Shown: positions 29,381 through 38,960 of the stretch, piece after piece
How the letters are laid out: every line of letters begins with the position of its first letter
Position numbering within the stretch: the first letter of the stretch is position 1
From: Promethearchaeota archaeon
GTDB taxonomy: Archaea > Asgardarchaeota > Lokiarchaeia > Sigyniarchaeales > SOKP01
DNA length: 64,000 nucleotides
Assembly (NCBI GenBank): GCA_048937405.1
Contig: JBHLNF010000002.1
Coordinates: forward strand, 352,001 to 416,000
Direction of reading: 5' to 3'
The notes under the pieces: generated by a model
Database searches by the model: none
What the model was told of the DNA's origin: nothing
The model's input: the letters and a program-made list of their open reading frames with translations, nothing else
Made by a program: the position numbers and the translations under genes

Positions 29381-31462
29381 CTAAGAAATAACACGATACT
29401 CAAATTCCCAGATTTTTTTGACCTGAAGATTATCATTTATAGTATCATAAATTATTGCTCTTTCACTTAATCCTCCTAAATCTTCAGCAATAACTTCGAT
29501 TCCCCAGGTGTCTAATTCTTTTTTTATGGCATCTATGTTTTCTTGATAAGTCATGTCATAATCTAAAAACAATTTTGCTCCACCTACTATAAGAGCCGTG
29601 ATATTAGTATTGTTAGCACCATTATATATCAAATTATTGTATAAATCTTTAACCGAAGTATCTGCAAAGGTATGTGGGAAAAGTAAATGATAACCTTGTT
29701 TTGAAGCGGATGAAGAGGGCAAAGATATATGTGACATTGCGAAAATATTATTAACAGGATCTTTAAGGATAAGAGCAATCCCTGATCCTAATCCATGTAT
29801 AACAAATTTTGTTGCGGTTTCATTTTTATCGAATGAATTTATCAAACCATAATATCCCATTGGAATTATTAATTCTTTACTATTATTTGAATTATAAATA
29901 CGATCTAAACGTTCTTTTCCATATTTTTCAATATCAGTTTTACCAGAAGTAATACTTTTTGATGATCCACCTGCTTGAATTTCTTGAGTTGCTGCTTGTA
30001 TTGTATATTCTCCTACTTGTTTAACACGACGATTCAGTTGATTTTCTTTTTGTTTTACTAATTTTTCTCTTTGCTCTACCTGTTTTGTAAGGCGTTCCAA
30101 AATTTCTACACGGTTTTTGATCTCCGATTCTTTCTTTTTAATTATTTTAGTTAACTTTTTTACTTCATTTCTTTTTTCAATTATGTTATTATATTTTTCA
30201 TCTAAAAAAGCAATCCTTTCTTCAATTATTTTTTCTTGTTCCTCTAGGATTTGCTCTCGTTTTGAAATTTCTTCTTCACGCTTTTTTAATAAAGAATCTA
30301 TTTTTGGTTCTATTGAATGACTGGTCTTAGTTCTCGTCGATTTTTTACTAAATGCATTATGAACTTCAATACCAGTTATTTTAACTTCAGTTTCTATTTT
30401 TTGAGGTTCAATCTGATCTTGATTCTCTTTTTCTGGTTCAATTAGATTTTTTCTTGGTTCTTCTTTTAAAGTCGCTTTACTACTTGGAGTTTTTTTAAGT
30501 TTTTCACTTATATTTGATTTCTCCTGAACCCTTTTTGATTTAATTTCGACAGGCTTAGACGTATCCTTAAATGGATGGATTTTCCTCTCATGTTTTTTTC
30601 TTATAGATTCGCTAAATAGAGTACAAACCTGATTTTTATAGAGATTTTTAAGAGAAGCTATGTTTTTAATATAAAAACGTTCTCTCATATTGATTGGTTG
30701 AAAAATATTAGTTTTATGAGGTAATGTTTCTGATCCACCCAAAATTAATAAGCCCCCATCATAGAGATGTGATTCTAAAGTAGTTAAGAGTTTTTCTCTG
30801 GCAAATTGATTAATATATATGAAAAAATTTCTACAGAAAATAACATCATATTTATAATTCTTTTTATGACCTTTGATTATATCCTCTTGGATAAATTCTA
30901 CATTATCTTTAATTTCTTGACTTAAAATATATTTAGGTCCAAGTTCAGTATCTTTTTTTGTAAAATAAGTATCTAGATAAAATTTTGGCATTTCATGTAC
31001 AGGATATTCTCCATATATTCCTTTAACTGCTACTCTGAGAGCAGCAGGATCAATATCAGAACCAATAATCTCAAAATCAGGAAAATATTTATCCTTTTTT
31101 TTTAATTTATCTAAAATCATTGCAATTGAATAAGGTTCATCTCCAGTAGCACAAGGAGCTGACCAAATACACAGTTTTTTTTTACTACGATTAACATAAA
31201 TATTAATAAATTTCTCAAAATTCTTATAAACACTGTTATTTCTAAAAAAATAGGTGTAATTGATAGTGAATTTGTCTAAAAATAAGTCAATCTCAACTGG
31301 ATGTCTACGAATGTAGCTAACATAATCTTGATAATAGTCAAGATTTAGATTTTTCATTCTAAAATTAATTCGTTTCTCAAGGAATTTTCGTTGGTAATGA
31401 TCAAATTTCATTCCTGTGGCATTTTTTAACTCTTCTATTAATGCTTCTATTGATGATGCTAT
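29381..31462 (-). CDS. CheR methyltransferase - coiled coil - CheD-like fusion protein (CheD catalytic Cys replaced by Gly); probable ATA start
   Basis: CheR: TINYTYFFRN, IWSAPCATGDEPYSIAM, GSDID, YDVIFCRN, LILGGSE. CheD: GLGSGIALIL, SHISLP, FADT, IVGGAKLF, IAEDLGG. Confidence 0.85.
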   Translation of the reverse strand: MASSIEALIEELKNATGMKFDHYQRKFLEKRINFRMKNLNLDYYQDYVSYIRRHPVEIDLFLDKFTINYTYFFRNNSVYKNFEKFINIYVNRSKKKLCIWSAPCATGDEPYSIAMILDKLKKKDKYFPDFEIIGSDIDPAALRVAVKGIYGEYPVHEMPKFYLDTYFTKKDTELGPKYILSQEIKDNVEFIQEDIIKGHKKNYKYDVIFCRNFFIYINQFAREKLLTTLESHLYDGGLLILGGSETLPHKTNIFQPINMRERFYIKNIASLKNLYKNQVCTLFSESIRKKHERKIHPFKDTSKPVEIKSKRVQEKSNISEKLKKTPSSKATLKEEPRKNLIEPEKENQDQIEPQKIETEVKITGIEVHNAFSKKSTRTKTSHSIEPKIDSLLKKREEEISKREQILEEQEKIIEERIAFLDEKYNNIIEKRNEVKKLTKIIKKKESEIKNRVEILERLTKQVEQREKLVKQKENQLNRRVKQVGEYTIQAATQEIQAGGSSKSITSGKTDIEKYGKERLDRIYNSNNSKELIIPMGYYGLINSFDKNETATKFVIHGLGSGIALILKDPVNNIFAMSHISLPSSSASKQGYHLLFPHTFADTSVKDLYNNLIYNGANNTNITALIVGGAKLFLDYDMTYQENIDAIKKELDTWGIEVIAEDLGGLSERAIIYDTINDNLQVKKIWEFEYRVIS

Positions 31463-31618
31463 TTTCTACACCAAAACTCCTATTATTATGATTTTTTACA
31501 CTAATATATATAGAAAATTACTATATTAATATTCATATCCTTTATTTTATAATGTGATTGATAACCACACATAATATATTGTAGTAAAAATGCACATAAA
31601 TTAGCTAAATCAGTTGAA

Positions 31619-32368
31619 TCAGTTCAATCTGATGAAGCCCATTTTAATGAGATTTTTACAGACATTATACACTTGATTTTGATTTAGATTTAAATTATTT
31701 GCAATTTGATCAATAGTTTTTTCTCCATTTATTTGATTATATACTTTACAAGAACTATCTCCTGTCAAGTAATACTTGGGATTAATTTTTTTGGAGGTTG
31801 TGAAGATTGGAATGAATTTATAATAATCTGGATTTTCTTCTGTATCTTTTATTTCTTTTTTTGGTTCTGAAGGTTTTATATCATCTTCTATAAAACTATT
31901 AAAAAATTCTAAAATTCTATCATTCTCCTTATCTTGATTCTTTTTATCTTCATTTTTGAGGATCAATTTTAAAATTTCTTCGAAATTCTTAAAAGAGTTT
32001 AATTTGCCATTCCAATTGATAATTTGCTCAATGCGATATTCTTTTAGAAAACTGCGAGAAATTTTTTTTAAAAATGCTTGTACCTCTAATAATTCTGATT
32101 TATTGTCATAAGTAGCAAGATAAATTAAATCTGGAATGTTCAAATCCTTTAAAAAAGATAGTTTAAGATTGTTATTTGATAATTTTAACTCAGTTATAGT
32201 TCCCATATCTTCAAACGAATCTGAAAAGGAATTTAATGCGGAAAAAAACCCGGATATCATAATTAGATTGTCTTCTTGAGATAAAAGATGTTTAATATTT
32301 GAAGAATTAGAAAAACTTTTAGAAAATAAGGGTAATCCATCTTTTATTATTATAACATCGCAAATCAT
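31619..32368 (-). CDS. Longin-like domain protein with C-terminal winged HTH
   Basis: VIIIKDGLPLFSKSF...LIMISGFFSALNSF...ITELKL...FLKKISRSFLKEY is an Asgard longin/roadblock-like pattern; INGEKTIDQIANNL...KNLIKMGFI wHTH. Confidence 0.7.
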   Translation of the reverse strand: MICDVIIIKDGLPLFSKSFSNSSNIKHLLSQEDNLIMISGFFSALNSFSDSFEDMGTITELKLSNNNLKLSFLKDLNIPDLIYLATYDNKSELLEVQAFLKKISRSFLKEYRIEQIINWNGKLNSFKNFEEILKLILKNEDKKNQDKENDRILEFFNSFIEDDIKPSEPKKEIKDTEENPDYYKFIPIFTTSKKINPKYYLTGDSSCKVYNQINGEKTIDQIANNLNLNQNQVYNVCKNLIKMGFIRLN

Positions 32369-32687
32369 GAATCTCAGTAATCAGTTTCAAATATTTTTAA
32401 AAATATTGATGTCTTACTTAATAAATCAATAATACCTACGTAATTTGAAAAAAAAAAGAATTATAATACATCTGTGATATCTGTGTAATATAAATTTTCT
32501 TTATATCATGACTACCATATGCTTTTCTGATTGGATCCTTTTAAATAATGTGTATCAAGATGATTTAAACTTTGTCCCTGATTCGAAGGCCACAATGGAT
32601 TATAGATATTTTCTTGTTAGTTAAAATAATTAAAAAAGTTGAAAATTTAGTATATAATGTTATCAATCCTAATAGAGATGAGATTAA

Positions 32688-33440
32688 GTGAAAGCGGTCA
32701 TACTATGTGCAGGCTATGGAAAGCGTTTAAGACCATATACAAACACAATCCAAAAATCTATGATACCTATTCTTGGCAAACCACTATTAGAATATATCCT
32801 CAATGAATTAATCTACGCAGGATTTAAAGATATTGTAATTGTTGTTGGCTACAGAAAAGAACAAGTTATTGAATATTTTAACAATGGAGATAAATGGGGG
32901 ATAAAAATTGAATATGTTAAACAAAAGCAACTTGATGGTACAGGTGGAGCTGTATTATCTTGTGAAAGTACCATTAAAGATTCTCATTTCTTCTTAACTT
33001 GGGGAGATATTTTAGTACCATATGAGATATATAAGAAAGTTATTAGTCTATTTAGGGAAGAAAAACATGACTTTATCTTAGTTGCTAATTATACAGAAGA
33101 TCCTTATAAAGGAAGTGCTCTTTATTGCAGGGATAATTTCTTAATTAATATATTAGAAAAACCATCAAAAGGTAAATCTCAAACTAATCTAAATAATTGT
33201 GGAATCTTTATCCTTTCGACCGAAATTTTTGAAACTTTAAAAACTCTTAAGCCCTCTAAACGAGGAGAAATCGAATTAACTGACGCACTAAATTTTGGAA
33301 TTTTAGAAAGAAAATGGAAAGTTCGAGTAATAAAAATGGAAAAAAATCAATTTAGAGGAGATTTCGGTGACATTAAAGTGTATGAGCAATTGAATAAGGA
33401 TTCAAGTTGGTTAAAGGAGTTGAATAAGCCTCGACTATAA
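32688..33440 (+). CDS. Sugar-phosphate nucleotidyltransferase
   Basis: ILCAGYGKRLRPYT, DGTGGAV, WGD, EKP, RGEIELTD. Confidence 0.9.
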   Translation: MKAVILCAGYGKRLRPYTNTIQKSMIPILGKPLLEYILNELIYAGFKDIVIVVGYRKEQVIEYFNNGDKWGIKIEYVKQKQLDGTGGAVLSCESTIKDSHFFLTWGDILVPYEIYKKVISLFREEKHDFILVANYTEDPYKGSALYCRDNFLINILEKPSKGKSQTNLNNCGIFILSTEIFETLKTLKPSKRGEIELTDALNFGILERKWKVRVIKMEKNQFRGDFGDIKVYEQLNKDSSWLKELNKPRL

Positions 33441-33710
33441 CTTATGATTATCGAATAAGTATATCCTCTTTTAAATGTGGTTTATTACAGATAATACCAT
33501 ATTTCAAGCATTTTAAATTTTTTATTAAACAAATATATAGGATTATTCTATTTTTTAATGAAATTTCATGTTTTAATTATGAAGTTTTTAAAAAAATGAA
33601 AAAAAAATAAATTTTTTGGTATTATAGGCTTTCTAATATCATTTTCAGAGTTTGTTTTTCGTATACTTGACAGAAAGTTTTAAATAGAAAGGATCAAAAT
33701 TCTTGTATTG

Positions 33711-33738
33711 AATACTTATACATTTATGTAAAAGTATT
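33711..33738. promoter_or_regulatory. Inverted repeat (operator or 5'UTR hairpin) upstream of the large secreted protein
   Basis: AATACTT-A-TACAT-tt-ATGTA-A-AAGTATT; TTTAAATA at 33679-33686, about 25 nt upstream. Confidence 0.45.
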
Positions 33739-33789
33739 TAGAGAAATCAATAACAATTTAGAAAGAGAATCATAAATTTAAAAAAAAAG

Positions 33790-36519
33790 ATGATTATAAT
33801 GAGGAAAAAATACTTTAGGACTTTAATCTTAATTACATGCCTACTATTTAGTATGTTTGGATTCATCACTCCAATTATTGGAGATCCTCTAGTTACTTCT
33901 CGCACTTATACTCTTGATGCCGATTTCGATGATGGTGTTCTAGTTGGTGTTGAACATGATACAATCCATGATCAATTACAACTCTCTGAAGAATATGTTA
34001 CATTACCCTTTATTTGGGTACCAAATAATGAAGGTACAGTTTCTAAGATCAATACAGAAACAGGTAAAGAAATAGGACGATATTGGGTTTCCCCTGATCC
34101 AACTCATATTTATTATCCAGGGATTTCGGGAAGTCCTTCAAGGACCACAGTCGATCTCCAAGGTAATTGCTGGGTAGGGTGTAGAGATGCGGGTACCGTT
34201 GTTAAAATAGGACTTTATGAGGCTGGGCAATATATTGATAGAAATAATGACGGAATTATTCAAACTTCAAGAGATTTAAACGATGATGGGGTAATTACTG
34301 GTGGAGAACTTTTACCATGGGGACAAGATGAATGTGTTCTTTTCGAGGTTGTATTATATGAACATCCAATGGTAACTAAAGGTCCTTATGCGCCAGGAAC
34401 ATTTCCTGGACCTTATGATACTAGTCATTGGAGAACTTCCCCCAGAGGATTAGCAATTGATTCAGAAAATAATCTCTGGGCAGGTACCTGCCCAACAAAC
34501 TATCAATCTACTATGAATTGCGTGTACCATTATATTGATGGTGTTACAGGAGAAATTTTAAATGAAGTAGAGATAATAGGACATTATGCATATGGTGCTG
34601 TAATAGATGAAAATGGGATTCTATGGTCAGCAAATCGTCCAACTGCTGCTGGAACGCCGCATCTTTTGAGATTTAATCCAGAAAATTTTGCATATACAAA
34701 ATTATTTAACAACAAAATGACTTATGGAATGGGATTGGACCATATTGGAAACTTGTTTTTTTCAGGATGGACACAATATAATCTCAATAAAGTAGATGTC
34801 AATTCTAATAGTCTAATATGGACAGTCACTGATTCAAGTCGTCTTTATCAGACTAGAGGTGTAACGTGTACCAGTGATAATGATGTTTGGGTTGCAAGTA
34901 CGTACTGGAGTACAGTAAGTAGGTATAATAACAATGGTGGTTTGATCGCAACAATCCCTGTCGGTCCAAATCCCTCTGGAGTCTCTGTTGATGCATCTGG
35001 GAAAGTCTGGGTTTGTAGTATGGCGGATGATACAATCCATAGAATTAATCCCCTCACTAATACGGTAGATAAAGTAGTGCACATTAGTGGAAGTGGTGGT
35101 CATTATAGTTATAGTGATATGACTGGTCTTATGGCAAGGACAATCACAACAAAGATAGGTACATGGACAGTTAATTTTGATAGTGAAGAATCTGATACGC
35201 CTTGGGGAACAATTTCTTGGAACAGTTTAGAACCTGATGAAACTTCTATAGTAATAAAAGTCAGGAGTTCAAATGATGAAACAACCTGGTCTAGTTGGGA
35301 AGAAGCTTTCAATGGTAATGCACTAAGTTCAACTCCAAATGGTCAATATCTTCAAATTGAAGTGACCTTTCAGACAGATGAAGATGAAATATCACCAATA
35401 CTTTATGATCTTACCGTTGAAGTAGGAAATTTACCTCCTGTAGCTGAAGTTGGAGGTCCTTATATAGGATATGAAGGTTCTGAAATAATTTTCGATGCTT
35501 CTGAATCATTCGATCCAGATGGAACAATAGTTTTATATGAATGGGATTTTAATGAGGATGGTATCTACGAGGAAAGTTCTATCTCACCTATAATAGGGTA
35601 TACATGGAATGATGATTATACTGGTGTAGTTAATTTGAGGGTTACTGATGACCAAGGAGAAATTAGTACAGATACAGCCGATGTTATAGTAAATAATGTT
35701 GCTCCGATAGTAACTATTGATACTATTGAACAGATGCAAAAATTTGACCTTGAAGAATCAACTTTTATAATTCGGGATTTTGTTAAATTTACAGGTATAG
35801 CTTATGATCCTGGGTGTGATGATCTCATATTTAATTGGGATTGGGGTGATGGTACAGACCCAACTGTAACCACATATAACAATGATGGATTAACTTATCC
35901 AGTAGAGATTGAAGAAACAGTAGATCATATTTATAATGAACCTGGAGTATATACAATCACACTCACCGTTGAGGATGATGATGGCGGTATTGGAACTGAT
36001 GATGCAGAAATTAAAATCTGGGGTCCACAAGATCTAAAAAAAGCGGTACTATTTGAACTAGAATCGGTTAAAACCGATTCTCGTTGTATAGATTTCAAAA
36101 TATATCTAGCCATTAAATTAATAGAAAAAAGTCTTAATGAGAAATTTTGGAATGATGCAACTCATTTGGAATCAAAATGTGGGATTATGGTATTTATTTA
36201 TGAACAATTAGCTGCTGCTAGCCTGAAAAAAGACTTGGATTTATCTCAATTTGAAACATTGATATTGAAACTAATTAAAGCTGATGAATTGCTTGCTGAA
36301 ATAGCATTAGAGGATGCTGAGGCTACTCCCGTGAAAGAACCAATATTCCAGAAAATAGTAGATTTTTACTTAGCGAGAGTTAACGATCAGATGATTAAAG
36401 CAACTGAAAGTATTGAAAGTGGTTTATATATATCAGCAATAGTACATTATAAGCTTGCCTGGACATATTCTCAGTTTGCTATAAGTTGGGCAAATAGAGA
36501 ATGTAAGTGTACTAATTAG
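33790..36519 (+). CDS. Large secreted/surface protein: beta-propeller (NHL/Vgb-like), two PKD domains, helical C-terminus
   Basis: Signal peptide; repeated G-h-a-h-D-x-x-G-N-h-W blades; FDASESFDPDG/YEWDF and WDWGDG/HIYNEPGVYTITLTVEDDDGG PKD motifs. Confidence 0.85.
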   Translation: MIIMRKKYFRTLILITCLLFSMFGFITPIIGDPLVTSRTYTLDADFDDGVLVGVEHDTIHDQLQLSEEYVTLPFIWVPNNEGTVSKINTETGKEIGRYWVSPDPTHIYYPGISGSPSRTTVDLQGNCWVGCRDAGTVVKIGLYEAGQYIDRNNDGIIQTSRDLNDDGVITGGELLPWGQDECVLFEVVLYEHPMVTKGPYAPGTFPGPYDTSHWRTSPRGLAIDSENNLWAGTCPTNYQSTMNCVYHYIDGVTGEILNEVEIIGHYAYGAVIDENGILWSANRPTAAGTPHLLRFNPENFAYTKLFNNKMTYGMGLDHIGNLFFSGWTQYNLNKVDVNSNSLIWTVTDSSRLYQTRGVTCTSDNDVWVASTYWSTVSRYNNNGGLIATIPVGPNPSGVSVDASGKVWVCSMADDTIHRINPLTNTVDKVVHISGSGGHYSYSDMTGLMARTITTKIGTWTVNFDSEESDTPWGTISWNSLEPDETSIVIKVRSSNDETTWSSWEEAFNGNALSSTPNGQYLQIEVTFQTDEDEISPILYDLTVEVGNLPPVAEVGGPYIGYEGSEIIFDASESFDPDGTIVLYEWDFNEDGIYEESSISPIIGYTWNDDYTGVVNLRVTDDQGEISTDTADVIVNNVAPIVTIDTIEQMQKFDLEESTFIIRDFVKFTGIAYDPGCDDLIFNWDWGDGTDPTVTTYNNDGLTYPVEIEETVDHIYNEPGVYTITLTVEDDDGGIGTDDAEIKIWGPQDLKKAVLFELESVKTDSRCIDFKIYLAIKLIEKSLNEKFWNDATHLESKCGIMVFIYEQLAAASLKKDLDLSQFETLILKLIKADELLAEIALEDAEATPVKEPIFQKIVDFYLARVNDQMIKATESIESGLYISAIVHYKLAWTYSQFAISWANRECKCTN

Positions 36520-36772
36520 GTAAAACTGCAAAAATAGTAAGCAAGTATAACTAAAATTAATAAAAAATAAATTTTTTACTTTTTTTTTTTTCTTATACGA
36601 ATTAACTAGTAATATTTAAATATTTAATGTTTTTTATAGAGGGAAAGGGATTTTATATCTTTTGCTAAAATAAGATAGATTATTTTTGCAATATCAAGAA
36701 CTGGACTATTGAAAAATTATTACCTAAATATTTTTATTCTCAAGTATAATAAATTACTCAAAAACATTTTGA

Positions 36773-37348
36773 TTGATAGAAATGAGCGAAGATAAATACA
36801 GAAATAGATATGTTTATAAGGAAACCTATGAAGCTGCTGTTGGAACCTTTGCAGTAGCAATAGTTTTTCTGTTTGTCGCAATTTTATCTTTATTTTTCAT
36901 ACATTTTGATATTAAATTCATAGGACTTGCAAGTTGGGGGTATTGGCTTTTCATTCCTGCATTTTTCATATTTCTTGGAGGATTTTCACAACTTTATCGG
37001 AATTATAAATATAAACAAGTTGTTAAGAGTGCCCTTGCCCAACGGAACTTTCAAGGTACTTATAAACTCGAACATATCGCTTTAGAAATAGGGATGAAAC
37101 CTAAAATTTTACTCAGTGTCTTGTTAGATTTAAGAACTAAAGGAATAATTCAATATAGTTTTGACCCAGATTCAGGTAAAATCATCTTAGGTCAACCCAT
37201 CCAATATACTCCTGCAAATGAATATATTCCTCCCCCTAAAAGATTAGAAGCGCCATTACCAACAGAAGGAAAAAGATTTTGTGTCTATTGTGGTCATAAA
37301 CTGGAATCTGATGGAAATTTTTGCCCTAATTGTGGATCTAACCTCTAA
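36773..37348 (+). CDS. Membrane protein: 2 TM, PCI-like winged helix, C-terminal zinc ribbon
   Basis: KLEHIALEIGM...LLDLRTKGIIQYSFDPDSGKI; FCVYCG...FCPNCG. Confidence 0.7.
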   Translation: MIEMSEDKYRNRYVYKETYEAAVGTFAVAIVFLFVAILSLFFIHFDIKFIGLASWGYWLFIPAFFIFLGGFSQLYRNYKYKQVVKSALAQRNFQGTYKLEHIALEIGMKPKILLSVLLDLRTKGIIQYSFDPDSGKIILGQPIQYTPANEYIPPPKRLEAPLPTEGKRFCVYCGHKLESDGNFCPNCGSNL

Positions 37349-37557
37349 CTTAATATAAAATCTATTACACTTTTTTTTGTACCTATATTATTATTAGACC
37401 AAACTTAATTTGACTTAAATTTACAATTTGGATTTAGTATTCCAAGTAGCTATTCAAATTTCCACTAAATCCAGAGAGGCTTTTTTTTTAAATAATAAGT
37501 TGATTTTAAGTAGAATAAATTGAATTTTTTTCGAGATGATAGATAATTTCAAAAGGC

Positions 37558-38019
37558 TTGATTGACAAAGAGTATTCTAATCCTTTACCTGAAAAAAATT
37601 CTAAATTGGAGAATTCTAATCAATTTAATCATATTAATTCTCAAACCTTAAATAATAGAATGATTTCTAATCTTGTTTCGGAGTTATTCAGTAACATCAA
37701 TTCAAGTGAATCATTAAATTATATTTCTAATCTATTATTCACTTTACTTGATGAGTATAAAAAGAAATTTCTTTATGAAAGTTGTATAGAAAGTAAGCAA
37801 TCTTCTTCTAATAATACAACTAATTATGATATTGAAAATGTACAAAAAATGTTAAAGGATTCATATGAAGAATACCTTGCAATTTCGAATGACATTCACT
37901 TAATTTTATCTAAAGGATCAGAATTAACAAACACACAGAAGCTTGATTTTTGTAATAACCAAAGATTCTTTATGAAGTTATATTTAAAAGAATTGGTAAT
38001 TAGAATAAATAAAACCTGA
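37558..38019 (+). CDS. Hypothetical protein
   Basis: 153-aa ORF, Asn/Ser-rich; start uncertain. Confidence 0.55.
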   Translation: MIDKEYSNPLPEKNSKLENSNQFNHINSQTLNNRMISNLVSELFSNINSSESLNYISNLLFTLLDEYKKKFLYESCIESKQSSSNNTTNYDIENVQKMLKDSYEEYLAISNDIHLILSKGSELTNTQKLDFCNNQRFFMKLYLKELVIRINKT

Positions 38020-38108
38020 GTTCAGAGAAATTTCTTTAATATTTGAATTAATTTAAGCGTTTTTTTAAAAATGAAAAAAAAAAAAAGAAAAAATTTAATT
38101 TAGGTTTT

Positions 38109-38822
38109 TTAGGTTTTTAAACCTAGATACATCCAGATGGCATAGGTAGTCATTGCGATTCTAATAATACCAACAATTGGAGTTACTGTAAAAATGACTT
38201 CTAACATACTAACTACTACAAATATTATATAACCAATCGACAAATAAAGGAACTTTTTCCTTAATAAACCTGTTGCTTGTTTTGCTTTTACTGCACACCC
38301 TATTCCCATGAAAACTAATATAACTATTAGAAATATCATTAACAAAATAAATGTTGGATAAATCATATTAAAACCCGCTTGAATGAGACCATCTTCTTCT
38401 CTAACTTCTATGAACTTAAAAGAATCAAAAGGTTGATACCATACAAGAACTCCAAAGATTGTTCCTAAGACAATAAAAATTACGACAAGCAACCATTTAT
38501 ACTTGGGTATCAAAAGTTCACCTCCTATATACGCAGAAAACAACAGAGCTGGTGCAAACCATGTATATTTTAAAAAAACATAAGTTTCTACTGGACTAAG
38601 ATTTGTATCTGAGTTTAATTTCACCAAAAAATCAAAAGTTGGTCCAAGCCATATAAATCCGATAAAAACTACATTTATACCAGCGATACAAAGTAATTTA
38701 GCTTTCAATTTTATTGATTTGTAGATAAAAAATAATCCAAAAATCAATCCGAATAAAACGATGAGGGAGGCAGTTATTCCATCTAACCAACCATCTAAAG
38801 CAATTGCCATTTGTTTTTTCAC
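38109..38822 (-). CDS. Hypothetical ~7-TM membrane protein
   Basis: Seven hydrophobic segments, no soluble output domain. Confidence 0.7.
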   Translation of the reverse strand: MKKQMAIALDGWLDGITASLIVLFGLIFGLFFIYKSIKLKAKLLCIAGINVVFIGFIWLGPTFDFLVKLNSDTNLSPVETYVFLKYTWFAPALLFSAYIGGELLIPKYKWLLVVIFIVLGTIFGVLVWYQPFDSFKFIEVREEDGLIQAGFNMIYPTFILLMIFLIVILVFMGIGCAVKAKQATGLLRKKFLYLSIGYIIFVVVSMLEVIFTVTPIVGIIRIAMTTYAIWMYLGLKT

Positions 38823-38839
38823 ACCTTAAAAATACAAAT

Positions 38840-38861
38840 TTAATAGATGCATATCTATTAA
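38840..38861. promoter_or_regulatory. Palindrome TTAATAGAT-gcat-ATCTATTAA, candidate operator upstream of the 7-TM gene
   Basis: 9-bp perfect arms, 4-nt spacer, 18 nt upstream of the start codon. Confidence 0.4.
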
Positions 38862-38960
38862 TATTAATTTTATTTATAGTTATTTTTTTTTTGCTAATAA
38901 ATTAAGGTAAATTTTATTAGACAATTATAATAGGATTTTAATCGAAATTGATTACTTATT

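Noticed and set aside
31466-31471. Pyrrolysine or TAG recoding at GTG-TAG upstream of cheR
   Set aside because: Other genes here (e.g. 7690-8064, srp19) end normally at TAG and no pyl genes are present; an ATA start is simpler
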